Source: Gammaproteobacteria bacterium
GTDB taxonomy: Bacteria > Pseudomonadota > Gammaproteobacteria > Tethybacterales > Persebacteraceae
NCBI GenBank assembly: GCA_965243565.1
Contig: OZ251571.1
Coordinates: 256,691-320,690, forward strand
Direction: 5' to 3'
DNA length: 64,000 nucleotides
The position numbers and the translations under genes are program-made. Below are positions 49,161 through 59,048 of the stretch, one piece after another. How positions within the stretch are numbered: the first letter of the stretch is position 1; the number at the start of each line of letters is the position of its first letter. Under the pieces are notes generated by a model. It ran no database searches, was not told where the DNA came from, and saw only the letters and a program-made list of their open reading frames with translations.

Positions 49161-49175
49161 CTGTGAAAATCACAG
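49161..49175 (+). promoter_or_regulatory. perfect palindrome CTGTGAAAATCACAG immediately upstream of the first giant TPR gene (candidate operator)
   Basis: TGTGA-N3-TCACA dyad about 45 nt before the ATG at 49218. It lies just downstream of a TAAAAT -10-like hexamer at 49151-49156. The half-sites are identical to CRP/Vfr half-sites, but the spacing is non-canonical. Confidence 0.35.
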
Positions 49176-49217
49176 TAAATACAATGCAGTTAAAGATAGG
49201 AAAAAGGTAGTTTAATA

Positions 49218-52200
49218 ATGGTTGAACCTGGTAAAAATCAGTCCAAGAAAAAAGAAATTGCTTTTGCCCATCTTAATAATCCAAAAGAGATAGAGCAGGA
49301 TGCTCAATTAAATTTTTTTGATAAGATTTTTATCAAGTTATCAAAAATCAAAGCCAGCACTGACGATAAAGAGTACTTAGGGGCTTACAAGCAGGGGTGG
49401 AGTAAGGTTGTTAGCCACAAATTACGAATAATATTATCTATATTTGTACTGTTATTGGTCATAGTAGGTGGTGTTTTTGTGCCCGATATTCCTTTACTAT
49501 TACAACGAAATTCTGTGATGCAGGCCGTTGAAAATGAAGATTATGATGTAGCGATTGATACATTGCAAGAATATTTAGAGGAAAAACCAAACGACTTTAA
49601 AACCAGTATGTTGGGTATTAGAGTGGCGATGATAGTCGGTGATATTGATTATGCCAAAAAATTAATCAAACAAAATTATTCATCGAAAAATTTAAAAAAA
49701 GATCCTTCGCTTGGCTTTTTTCATGCACTCACATCATTTGATGATCCAATAAAAATCATTAACCAATTAAACGAGGTATTAAAAAACATACCTGATCATA
49801 TTGCTTCACGCGTTTTGAGGGGGTATTTATCACGGCAAAACTCTGATTTGCGAAGACAATCCCGAGAAGACTTTAACAAAGCGTATGATGCACTTTATAG
49901 CAGTGAGGAGGGCGTAAGTTCACTTGATTTGCAAATCATGCATAATTGGTTTGTTGAAAATAAAAATATTGATATTAATTTGGGTACTGTTTCTGAAACT
50001 TTTTATCTGAATGAAAAGTTTGTTTTAGAACATTTACTTGGCTTTAATCCTGCTCAATCTATCTTCGAATTGGACTTTCGCTTATCATTTAGTGATACTG
50101 TTTCCGATAACCTTATTCATCTAACAAATACGGCCATCATTAATTTTTATTTTGCTATTGTTCTTATAGAGCAAAAACAATTTGACGAAGCAGAAACGCA
50201 CATTAGTGAGATAAGAAGTTTAATCAGTCAAGACAGGTATATTTTTGGGGTAACCCAACTGGAAGGGTTATTGGCTGTTGCCAGAGGTCGGTGGCTTGAA
50301 GCGGTCAAGATTTTCAAAAAAATTGATGACGCCCAAATAACGCCTGATTTGCAAATCAAGGCTAATTTAGCAGCGGCTATGATTAATTCATCAGAATTTG
50401 ATTTGGCCGATATCCTTACCATTTATCAGAATATGTTAGATATCGAAAGTAACAATTTTACAGCTATCATTAATAGCACTTATTTAAACTTACTGAATAA
50501 AGATGTGCGCAAAGCAATCAATGTTATTGAGTTGACTGATGCCATAGAAGAAAGTAAAATTAAATTACTATGGGGCATTATTAGATTTTTAGAAAAAGAT
50601 TATATCCGTGCTCACCAAAATTTTTCGTCTGTCCAAGAGGACGACTATAAAGAAATAAAATTCTTTATAGGTGCTACATTAGTGCAACAAGGGCGGTACG
50701 AAGAGGCATTGGGATATTACTGGGATATATCTCTTGAAGAAAGAGATGCATCATTTAGAAAAGTAGTAGTGTTGAGTCGAGTGCGGTTATTGCATCGTTT
50801 AAACGATTGGGAATCATCCTATCACTTCCTGAAAAATAAAGAATCAGCAGATTTCACCAATCCTCTTGATTATCATTATCTTCGAGGGTTGGCGGCAATT
50901 AATGTGGGTAATTTAACTGATGCTAAAGAACAGTTAAATGTCCTAAAAAAGAACATAGCAGTTGCTCCCTTTTATTTTCATGCATTAAAAGGGAGATATG
51001 GCAGCAAAGAGGGCAGTAAATCTAAGGCATTAAGAAGTTATTTTTCTGCTATTAAAGTAGCGCCTTCGGCTTGGGTAGCGCAAGAATATGTCATAGAGGT
51101 GTTATCTTTTTTGGACAAATATAAAGAAGAACATATCAAATCTGGGGGTGTGGATCGTTATAATCAACATTTCAATAATATATTTTTAGCAGTAGAAGGA
51201 TACGTTACTGGCCTATTTTATGATCCACAGATAGCCGTCTTTGTTGCCAATACACTTGTTGAAACCGATCCTCGTCGTGCATTGTCTTTGATTGAGACGG
51301 CGACTGGCATAAATCAGTCCTATATTGTAAGGCGTAGTGCGGCTGAAACTTATTGGCAACTGGATAATTTTTCGCAAGCAATTGCTGTTTTTGAGCAGGC
51401 ACGAGAATGGAATCCAACTGATACCAATTTGCTTGAAAATTTAAAAATAGCCTATCAGTCAGTTAACAACGATAAAAAAGTGCAAGATATTGAGCAAACT
51501 ATTAATCTGATAAAGGCCTATAAAGATGGTGCTATCTTCGAAGGAATTGACTATAATGAAGAGAAATTGGCAATGCATATTCCAAAATTGGCTGGAGGCA
51601 ATACCGATTTATTAGTGAAATCCATTACTGAAATTACAAAAAATAAAAATCAGTACCAAATTAAAGAAGTTCATCAATTATATAAGAGCCTTGTAAAAAA
51701 GGCAAGTACAACCAAAAAAGCAGAAGTATTGTATTCTTATGCTTTGTTTAATGTATTAACAGGCAATAAATCAAAAGCGTTTGGAATATTTGACCAAGCT
51801 TTAGCGATAGGCTTGTCTTCGGAACAACTACAAATAGAGGTGATGCGCACCTACATTCAGCACCTTGTCAAAGAAAGACGTTTTATAAAGGCAATTGAAT
51901 TACTTGAGCAAATTAGAGATATTGATGATGATATTTCATTCTATTATATTATGAAAGCAACCGTCTATAGAGATAGAGGTGAAACAGTCAAGGCCGTAGA
52001 ATTACTTAAAGACTATTTGAAACAAAATCCTTATAGTAAAGTAGCCAATCGGAATTTAGTAGAGTCCTATATAAAAATATCAGACTATAGCTCGGCTGAA
52101 TATTATGCTAGAAGGAATGCACGAATATTTAACAAAAATTCTGACAGCCATGATTTATTAGCAGAAGTATATGAAGCAGCGGGATATAAATTGCGTAGCA

Positions 52201-52244
52201 GAATGCATAAAAATATAAGCCTTGACGCTTTTAATAAACAATAA
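49218..52244 (+). CDS. giant single-pass membrane protein with ~900-aa extracytoplasmic TPR-like solenoid; function unknown
   Basis: 1008 aa. K-rich N-terminal ~70 aa, one TM helix (LRIILSIFVLLLVIVGGVFV), then helical repeat-rich sequence with no catalytic motif. Very AT-rich coding sequence (about 28% GC in sampled stretches). Confidence 0.6.
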   Translation: MVEPGKNQSKKKEIAFAHLNNPKEIEQDAQLNFFDKIFIKLSKIKASTDDKEYLGAYKQGWSKVVSHKLRIILSIFVLLLVIVGGVFVPDIPLLLQRNSVMQAVENEDYDVAIDTLQEYLEEKPNDFKTSMLGIRVAMIVGDIDYAKKLIKQNYSSKNLKKDPSLGFFHALTSFDDPIKIINQLNEVLKNIPDHIASRVLRGYLSRQNSDLRRQSREDFNKAYDALYSSEEGVSSLDLQIMHNWFVENKNIDINLGTVSETFYLNEKFVLEHLLGFNPAQSIFELDFRLSFSDTVSDNLIHLTNTAIINFYFAIVLIEQKQFDEAETHISEIRSLISQDRYIFGVTQLEGLLAVARGRWLEAVKIFKKIDDAQITPDLQIKANLAAAMINSSEFDLADILTIYQNMLDIESNNFTAIINSTYLNLLNKDVRKAINVIELTDAIEESKIKLLWGIIRFLEKDYIRAHQNFSSVQEDDYKEIKFFIGATLVQQGRYEEALGYYWDISLEERDASFRKVVVLSRVRLLHRLNDWESSYHFLKNKESADFTNPLDYHYLRGLAAINVGNLTDAKEQLNVLKKNIAVAPFYFHALKGRYGSKEGSKSKALRSYFSAIKVAPSAWVAQEYVIEVLSFLDKYKEEHIKSGGVDRYNQHFNNIFLAVEGYVTGLFYDPQIAVFVANTLVETDPRRALSLIETATGINQSYIVRRSAAETYWQLDNFSQAIAVFEQAREWNPTDTNLLENLKIAYQSVNNDKKVQDIEQTINLIKAYKDGAIFEGIDYNEEKLAMHIPKLAGGNTDLLVKSITEITKNKNQYQIKEVHQLYKSLVKKASTTKKAEVLYSYALFNVLTGNKSKAFGIFDQALAIGLSSEQLQIEVMRTYIQHLVKERRFIKAIELLEQIRDIDDDISFYYIMKATVYRDRGETVKAVELLKDYLKQNPYSKVANRNLVESYIKISDYSSAEYYARRNARIFNKNSDSHDLLAEVYEAAGYKLRSRMHKNISLDAFNKQ

Positions 52245-52285
52245 ACAATAAATAATAAATAATAAAGATTATGAAGGTGGATTAA

Positions 52286-55285
52286 ATGATTGAACTAAAA
52301 AGGAAAGAAAACACACTTGAGGAGACTAACGTTGTAAAAACAGAAGTAGTCGAAAAAAGTCCGTTAAATCATGAAAGTGAAACGACTGAATCGAGTGATA
52401 CTTCTGAATCAACGGATATAACATTAGACGATGAGTTAACTTATAACAAGTCCATTAAAGACAGAATAATTGCACTATATGCAAAAATTCCTTACATTAA
52501 ATTTATTCCTTTCAAGTACTTTATTTCGGCAATAGCTGCTGTTATTCTTGTTGTTATTCTATTACCTATTGTTTATGCAATTTACGCCAAAGCCCAACTA
52601 TCTCTTGCTATTGCATCAGCCGATAAATTTTATACTAATGGACAATATGCCAAAGCCATTAAAGAGTATGAAGATATCTATTTTGAGACGGGTGATATGA
52701 ATTATCAATACGAGTTAGGCAAGGCTTATTTTTTAAATAAAGAGAACGTTAAAGCCAATAAAATCTTTGGTGCTCTCGAAAAAACATGGGAAGTCTCCGA
52801 TGACAATGCAGCAAAAATTTCGGAAATGTACACTATTTATGGAATTACTGAGCTTCTATTAGACAATAAAGTAAATGCCGAAAAAAAAATTCGAAAAGCA
52901 CTACAAAATGATAATGGATATTTGCCGGCACATTTTTTTAAAGGTTGTCTAGGGTATGTTTTTGCACAAGAGAATATTAATGTTGAAGGTGCGAATACAA
53001 GCTTTTTAAAAGTCAAAAATTTTCTGAAAGGCAATGAAGATACCGCCATTAATAGCGAAGAAAAACTAGTTATGTCTAAAGGTCGGCGTGCTTGTTTTTC
53101 TAATTTACATGCGGTATCCAAAAGTGTTGCATTAAATTATTCCGGGCTTAAAAATTCAGGTTATTCTAACAAATGGGGCTTTGCATTTCCTGTAGGGGCA
53201 TTTGATAACAATTATGCGGTTGATTTTAATTTGATAGAGCCAGGTGCTGAAGATAAATATTTTGTTGAAACAATTGATTTACTTGAAGTTAATCGATTCC
53301 TTCGTATAGGTTCTAATGCTAAGGCAATTAAAAAATTGAAAGAAATTAAAGATGGAAAATCTTTAATCTACAACCAATATAACTCGTATGTTGCTATGGT
53401 GATTGATGGTGATATTAAACGTGCGAGTGATTTATATAAAACGATGTCCAAAAAATATAACAATCAACCTCATTTTTACACGATGTATGGTAATTCGATT
53501 GTTGCTTTGGCAGATGGGGACTATCCTTTAGACGAAGTTATTCCGATTTATGAAGAAGCTATTCAAGGTAATCCGAACAATCCAGTGACTCTGAATAATC
53601 TTTTGCATTTTTATTTATACTTAGGAAAAATAAAACTCGCGGAATCTTTGATTAATGAAAGCAATGCCAATAAAAAAAATAGTGGCACAAAATTAACTAT
53701 GAACAAAGCATTGCTTGATATTTTCACCGGTAAAAATGAAGATGCAGAATTTAAATTATTTTCGGTGAGCAATAAAAAAGGAGAAGATGTATCCTTTGTT
53801 TATGATGCATTAATTTATGTCGTTATTAGTAAAGGTGAGATAAGTAAAGGTATTTCATTGTTAAAAAAATCGGCACAAGAAACTGTTGATACGCCTGAAC
53901 TTCGATTAAAAATCGCTGACTTATTTGATAAACGCCCTCAACCATTTTTGGTAGTGGAAGAGTTAGAGAGTGCTTATAGAAAGTTTCCTAATAGTAAAGA
54001 AATAGGTGTAAGGTTGCTTTTTGAGTATGCAAGAAGAAATAACATAAAAGAATTTAATAAAAATTTAAATGCAACGCCGATAGAAGTTAGTGATAACCAT
54101 TACATGGTTGCATTGGCAAAGGCAATCGTTGAATCTGATATGGCTAGAAGTCTTGATCATTTTTATACTGCCTACGGCAGGGCGACGGATGTACAATCAA
54201 AAAATAGAGTATTAACATTTTGGGCAAGAAGATTGCTTGAACAACAGGGATCGATGGAGCAAATGGAAGATGCATATCAATTTTTTGAAGAGGTGAATGA
54301 AGAAAATTTTTCCACCGAAATAGAGATTATTAGTTCACGAATTCTTCAGCGTATTAATAAAATATCAAAGTCTAAACAGGCCAAACTAATCGATCTCGCG
54401 AAATCACTTATTGACAAAGGATCTCCTATAAGCCCAGATTTTAAACTTGATTTGGGTTGGATTTTATTGTCGAGTGGTGAAAAAGAAATAGCCAATGAAA
54501 TAGCCGACAATATTGCGGGTAAACTGCCTAATAATGATCGCTATACCATGATTAAAAAAGCGTTAGAAAGAGTGGATGCAGTGGCAGGGGTAGAGGTAGT
54601 TGAAGAAACGGAAGAAAATTATGAATTGCTTGACTTATTGGGAGGGCTAAATACTGAAGAACTTGAAAAAAGACTGTCAAAAGCCCTTGCAAAAAATGAT
54701 TATACCGTTGCGATTGCAATATACACACGATTAATCGACGAAGGTAGCACGACAAAACCTGCTTTAACGTATCAAAACAGAGGTGCTTTATATCTAAAAA
54801 ATGAAGATTACGAGAGCGCTCAAAAAGATTTCAAAAAAGCCTTTGACCTGGGTGAGTTGAGTGATACGCAAATTGAATCAATTTTGTATAATTCCAGTTA
54901 TGCGTTGTCTAAATTAAAAAAATACAAAAAAGCACGTGAAGCAATCATCAAAGCATTAGAAATACAGCCAGATAATATTCAATACCTTATTTTATTGGCC
55001 TTTATTGATAACCGCATTCCAGACAATGTTGAAATATTAATAAAAACGTATTTAAAACTAATTAAATTGCAACCAAAAGGGGCACAATATTATATTGCCT
55101 TGTCTAAAATTTATAATAAGACTGGAGAATTGAAAAAAGTGACTAATATTTTAAATAAAGGAATTGGTCAGATGCCAAGAAATACTACTTTGTATAAAAG
55201 GTTAAGTGATGTTTATACGCTTAGAGGTGATATTGAAAAAGCAAAAGAATATTCAGATATTCTTAAAGTGTTACAACAACAATAA
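52286..55285 (+). CDS. second giant single-pass membrane TPR-like protein (same architecture as upstream gene); function unknown
   Basis: 999 aa. Acidic/S/T-rich N-terminal ~80 aa, one TM helix (FISAIAAVILVVILLPIVYAIYA), then TPR-like repeats (…YQNRGALYLKNEDYESAQKDFKKAFDLG…). GAAGGTGG RBS. AT-rich like its neighbour. Confidence 0.6.
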   Translation: MIELKRKENTLEETNVVKTEVVEKSPLNHESETTESSDTSESTDITLDDELTYNKSIKDRIIALYAKIPYIKFIPFKYFISAIAAVILVVILLPIVYAIYAKAQLSLAIASADKFYTNGQYAKAIKEYEDIYFETGDMNYQYELGKAYFLNKENVKANKIFGALEKTWEVSDDNAAKISEMYTIYGITELLLDNKVNAEKKIRKALQNDNGYLPAHFFKGCLGYVFAQENINVEGANTSFLKVKNFLKGNEDTAINSEEKLVMSKGRRACFSNLHAVSKSVALNYSGLKNSGYSNKWGFAFPVGAFDNNYAVDFNLIEPGAEDKYFVETIDLLEVNRFLRIGSNAKAIKKLKEIKDGKSLIYNQYNSYVAMVIDGDIKRASDLYKTMSKKYNNQPHFYTMYGNSIVALADGDYPLDEVIPIYEEAIQGNPNNPVTLNNLLHFYLYLGKIKLAESLINESNANKKNSGTKLTMNKALLDIFTGKNEDAEFKLFSVSNKKGEDVSFVYDALIYVVISKGEISKGISLLKKSAQETVDTPELRLKIADLFDKRPQPFLVVEELESAYRKFPNSKEIGVRLLFEYARRNNIKEFNKNLNATPIEVSDNHYMVALAKAIVESDMARSLDHFYTAYGRATDVQSKNRVLTFWARRLLEQQGSMEQMEDAYQFFEEVNEENFSTEIEIISSRILQRINKISKSKQAKLIDLAKSLIDKGSPISPDFKLDLGWILLSSGEKEIANEIADNIAGKLPNNDRYTMIKKALERVDAVAGVEVVEETEENYELLDLLGGLNTEELEKRLSKALAKNDYTVAIAIYTRLIDEGSTTKPALTYQNRGALYLKNEDYESAQKDFKKAFDLGELSDTQIESILYNSSYALSKLKKYKKAREAIIKALEIQPDNIQYLILLAFIDNRIPDNVEILIKTYLKLIKLQPKGAQYYIALSKIYNKTGELKKVTNILNKGIGQMPRNTTLYKRLSDVYTLRGDIEKAKEYSDILKVLQQQ

Positions 55286-55333
55286 GGCAATTAAAAAGAA
55301 ATATGTTTTTAAAAAATAGAATATAAAATAATT

Positions 55334-56533
55334 ATGATAGAACAATTTTTATGGGGAAGTTACAGTTTGCAATGGTGGCAATATGTTGTCATTGTCCTAG
55401 TATTCACTCATGTTACAATCGCCGCTGTGACTATCTTTTTACATCGTTGTCAGGCGCATCGCTCGGTTGATTTACATCCCGTTGTTTCTCATTTTTTTCG
55501 CTATTGGCTGTGGCTTACAACAGGCATGGTAACAAAAGAATGGACAGCAATTCATCGCAAACATCACGCTAAAACCGAAACAGAAGAAGATCCACACAGC
55601 CCTCAAATTCATGGTATAGCCAGTATATTGTGGGGGGGCGTAATTCACTATACCAAAGAGGCAAAAAATAAAGAAACCATTGAACGTTATGGGCATGGTA
55701 CACCGAATGATTGGCTAGAAAAAAACATATATTCTAAGCACCCAATAATAGGAGTTACCCTAATGGCTTTTATTAATGTAGGGTTATTTGGTTTTGTTAT
55801 TGGTATGACAATGTGGACAGTGCAAATGATATGGATACCATTTTTTGCAGCTGGTGTTATCAATGGCATCGGTCATTATTGGGGCTATCGTAACTTTCAT
55901 CCACAAGATGAAAGCCGTAATATTGTTCCGCTCGGGTTACTTATAGGCGGAGAAGAATTACACAACAATCATCATGCTTTTCCTACATCAGCACGGTTAT
56001 CTAATCGATGGTACGAATTTGATGTTGGTTGGATGTATATTTTTATATTACAAAAATTAAAGCTAGCAACAGTAAAAAGAATAGCCCCACGCTTATTATC
56101 GATTGATAGTCGAGCCACCTGTGATCTTGATATGCTTCAATCAATTATAGCCAATCGACTGGAGATCATGTCGCGTTTTGCTGATATTGTTAAAAATGCC
56201 TGCCATAAAGAATTACAGCAGTTTAAATCACAAGAAAAAAACATTGTATCGCCATCTATGACAACCATTACCAATGTGTTGCATGGCATGGAAAAACGCC
56301 TGACAACACTTGACTATGATTCGATTAAACAATTGAGTAATCACCGTCCTGTGATGTCAAAGATTTTTCAAATGCGTGATGACTTGGTTTCGCTATGGGA
56401 AGATGAGACTGCCAACTCTGATGTTTTAGTTGAGCGTTTGCGCTTATGGTGTCAAAATGCAGAAGCAGGCAACATCGAATCACTCCAACAGTTTGCGCGA
56501 GATTTGCGCGGTTATAGCGTTGCCAAAGTTTAG
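55334..56533 (+). CDS. membrane fatty-acid desaturase with C-terminal extension (DesA-like)
   Basis: Histidine boxes HRCQAHRS, HRKHHAKTETEEDPHSP and HNNHHAFPTSA. 399 aa, with a C-terminal domain of about 150 aa beyond the desaturase core. This is a different family from the 1960-2910 desaturase. Confidence 0.75.
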   Translation: MIEQFLWGSYSLQWWQYVVIVLVFTHVTIAAVTIFLHRCQAHRSVDLHPVVSHFFRYWLWLTTGMVTKEWTAIHRKHHAKTETEEDPHSPQIHGIASILWGGVIHYTKEAKNKETIERYGHGTPNDWLEKNIYSKHPIIGVTLMAFINVGLFGFVIGMTMWTVQMIWIPFFAAGVINGIGHYWGYRNFHPQDESRNIVPLGLLIGGEELHNNHHAFPTSARLSNRWYEFDVGWMYIFILQKLKLATVKRIAPRLLSIDSRATCDLDMLQSIIANRLEIMSRFADIVKNACHKELQQFKSQEKNIVSPSMTTITNVLHGMEKRLTTLDYDSIKQLSNHRPVMSKIFQMRDDLVSLWEDETANSDVLVERLRLWCQNAEAGNIESLQQFARDLRGYSVAKV

Positions 56534-56560
56534 ATAGAGTTTTTTTAAAAAACACGTTCC

Positions 56561-56998
56561 TTGCAGTACTTACATACCATGATACGTGTTTCTTCTATTG
56601 AAGAAACACTGGATTTCTTTTGTGGAAAATTGGGCATGAAAGAACTCAGAAGAAAAGAATCCGAACAAGGCAGATACACATTAATATTTTTGGTGGCAAG
56701 TGCCGACTTTGCCAATACCGAGCAATCATCACCTCTTTTAGAATTAACTTATAATTGGGATGCCCAAGCGTATGCCGATGGAAGAAACTTTGGACATTTG
56801 GCTTTTAGTGTTGAAAATATTTATGATTTTTGTCAAAAGCTATTAACAGCAGGAGTGACTATTAACCGCCCACCGCGTGATGGGCGTATGGCTTTTATTA
56901 AATCACCAGATGGTATTTCTATTGAACTGCTTCAGCAGGGCGATGCGTTGCATGTGGCTGAACCTTGGAGTTTAATGGAGAATACAGGGACATGGTAA
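56561..56998 (+). CDS. gloA: lactoylglutathione lyase (glyoxalase I)
   Basis: [12 protein letters not shown]…LELTYNW…GHLAF…[13 protein letters not shown] is a canonical GloA VOC-fold sequence. 145 aa. Confidence 0.85.
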   Translation: MQYLHTMIRVSSIEETLDFFCGKLGMKELRRKESEQGRYTLIFLVASADFANTEQSSPLLELTYNWDAQAYADGRNFGHLAFSVENIYDFCQKLLTAGVTINRPPRDGRMAFIKSPDGISIELLQQGDALHVAEPWSLMENTGTW

Positions 56999-57026
56999 AT
57001 GGCAATGGCTGATGGTTATTTATAGA

Positions 57027-57635
57027 CTACTCCCACTGCCAATAATCGTTATATTTTTTAAGCACTAACTTGGGGTACTTTAATTTTCCTAACGAACCGT
57101 TGTATCGGGCAAGTGCTCGTACAACATTGCCGTTTTCTATGTCTAAGTAGTGCCTAAATATAACACTACCGTATCTTAAATTGGTTCGCAATGCAAAAAG
57201 ATTATGGGCGTTGGTATCGCCAATGGTCTTTACCCAGAACGGCATTACTTGCATATAACCTCGTGCGCTAACGCTGGATATAGCGTACTGGCGAAAAGCG
57301 GATTCGACATGGATAATAGACAACATAATTTGTGAAGAAATACCTGCACGTGTGGCTTCATAATGAACGGCAGATAAAAAATCACGCTGTGTTTTTTTAT
57401 CACGTAATACTGAATTTTGCGGGAGAATTTTATTTAAACTGGAAGACATATCGTTTAACCAACGTTCTTGTTCGGCAGTTGAATCAAAGAACAAAGTACT
57501 GGGACCGGTATGGCTAACATAACCACGCATATAAGTTTTAATACTGTCGCTTAAGGCTTCTTCTTTTTGATTGGCATGGGCAGTGGTAAGGCACAGCAAT
57601 AAAAAAAATAAAGATATTAAATATTTTACAAACAT
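57027..57635 (-). CDS. lytic transglycosylase (SLT-domain) periplasmic protein
   Basis: Signal peptide. SLT catalytic region …LSIIHVESAFRQYAISSVSARGYMQVMPFW… carries the catalytic E in the ES motif. 202 aa. Confidence 0.7.
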   Translation of the reverse strand: MFVKYLISLFFLLLCLTTAHANQKEEALSDSIKTYMRGYVSHTGPSTLFFDSTAEQERWLNDMSSSLNKILPQNSVLRDKKTQRDFLSAVHYEATRAGISSQIMLSIIHVESAFRQYAISSVSARGYMQVMPFWVKTIGDTNAHNLFALRTNLRYGSVIFRHYLDIENGNVVRALARYNGSLGKLKYPKLVLKKYNDYWQWE

Positions 57636-57637
57636 AG

Positions 57638-58297
57638 TTATAACTGCGGCAGTAATTTGGGCAAATAATCAATAAGCAGATGAGAAGGCGGAAACGCTTG
57701 TTTATCCCTATGGTAACCATACGATACAATAAAACAACGTGTGCCTGCTGTTTGAGCGGCTTTACTATCAGCAAGCGAATCGCCCACCATAACACACTGT
57801 TTGATATTAACATTAAGCACCGCAGCCGCATAATTAAGCGGTTCTGGATTGGGTTTTTTATAGTTCGAACTATCGCCACAATGGATATAATGAAAATAAT
57901 GTCTGAGCTGACATGCTTCGAGCAATGGCAATGTAAATTGAATTGGCTTATTGGTAATACAAGCAAGTTTTATAGATTGTTGTTGGCAGTGCCTTAAGGT
58001 TTCGTAAACACCGTCATAAATGGCAGAACCTTGTTGACTTTTTTGTGCGTACTGTTGCATGATTAATTGCTTGGCTTGTTGAAACAGCTGGTCGGTAGGC
58101 TCACCCCACCATTGTTGGGTGAGCATGCGTTTAATAAATCGATTCATACCGTCCCCTATGTATTGGCGTGCATTGTCAAAAGAGGGTTGGGCAATGGCGA
58201 GTGTATTGAGTGCTATAGTGGCGGCATTATAAATGTCGGGTGCTGTATCTAGCAAAGTTCCATCTAAATCAAAAAAAACAGCGGTGGTTTTAGGCAC
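57638..58297 (-). CDS. gph: phosphoglycolate phosphatase (HAD)
   Basis: HAD motif I FDLDGTLLDT. Located downstream of rpe (conserved rpe-gph pair). The tracked long ORF would overlap rpe by about 130 bp. I place the start at GTG 58297 (MPKTTAVFFDLDGT), so start confidence is low. Confidence 0.7.
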   Translation of the reverse strand: MPKTTAVFFDLDGTLLDTAPDIYNAATIALNTLAIAQPSFDNARQYIGDGMNRFIKRMLTQQWWGEPTDQLFQQAKQLIMQQYAQKSQQGSAIYDGVYETLRHCQQQSIKLACITNKPIQFTLPLLEACQLRHYFHYIHCGDSSNYKKPNPEPLNYAAAVLNVNIKQCVMVGDSLADSKAAQTAGTRCFIVSYGYHRDKQAFPPSHLLIDYLPKLLPQL

Positions 58298-58949
58298 TTC
58301 TAATATTGGTGATGCTGGTAGCGTAATCTGGCGTATTAAAAACAGCGTTGCCTGCGACAAAGGTATCAGCCCCTGCTTCACGGCACAAAGCCGCCGTTGC
58401 TGGCGTAATGCCGCCATCTACTTGTAAGCGAATGGGCTTTTGAGAGTGGTCGATGATGCTACGTAACTGTTCAATTTTAGGCAGCATGGCATTAATAAAT
58501 GTTTGAGACGCAAAACCTGGGTTGACCGTCATAACAAGCACCAAATCAACATGTTCCAGTAAGTATTCGATATGAGAAAAAGAAAGCGATGGATTTAAGG
58601 CAATGCCGACTTTTATGTTGTGGTTTTTAATGGTTGAGATAGTACGATGAGCATGAGGGGTACTATCGGGATGAAAAGTGATTTGATAGGCACCTGCATT
58701 GACAAACGGCTCAATCAATGAATCAACATTTTCTGTCATTAGATGAACATCAATAGGCAGTTTAGTGCGTTTTTTTAAACTTCTGCATACGACAGGACCA
58801 AAACTTAGATTCGGCACATAATGATTATCCATGACATCAAAATGTAACCAATCAGCACCGGCGACTTCTACATCGGCAACTTCTTGCCCAAGTTGACAAA
58901 AATCGGCAGAAAGAATACTAGGGGCTATAATGGTTTGTTGTTGTGTCAT
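58290..58949 (-). CDS. rpe: ribulose-phosphate 3-epimerase
   Basis: MTQQQTIIAPSILSADFCQLGQEV…HFDVMDNHYVPNLSFG… is the canonical Rpe TIM barrel. 219 aa. Confidence 0.9.
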   Translation of the reverse strand: MTQQQTIIAPSILSADFCQLGQEVADVEVAGADWLHFDVMDNHYVPNLSFGPVVCRSLKKRTKLPIDVHLMTENVDSLIEPFVNAGAYQITFHPDSTPHAHRTISTIKNHNIKVGIALNPSLSFSHIEYLLEHVDLVLVMTVNPGFASQTFINAMLPKIEQLRSIIDHSQKPIRLQVDGGITPATAALCREAGADTFVAGNAVFNTPDYATSITNIRSA

Positions 58950-59048
58950 TTAATCAAATCTGTTATTATGTTTGGTCGAATAAATAATAAAAGGGTATGT
59001 TATCAAATTACAAACAAAACCACATTACATTAATACCGATTACGCCTG

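Noticed and set aside
49161-49175. Canonical CRP or LexA box
   Set aside because: The half-sites match CRP (TGTGA/TCACA) but the spacer is 3 bp, not 6. The CTGT/ACAG arms are 7 bp apart, not 8, for LexA. It is kept only as an unassigned palindrome.
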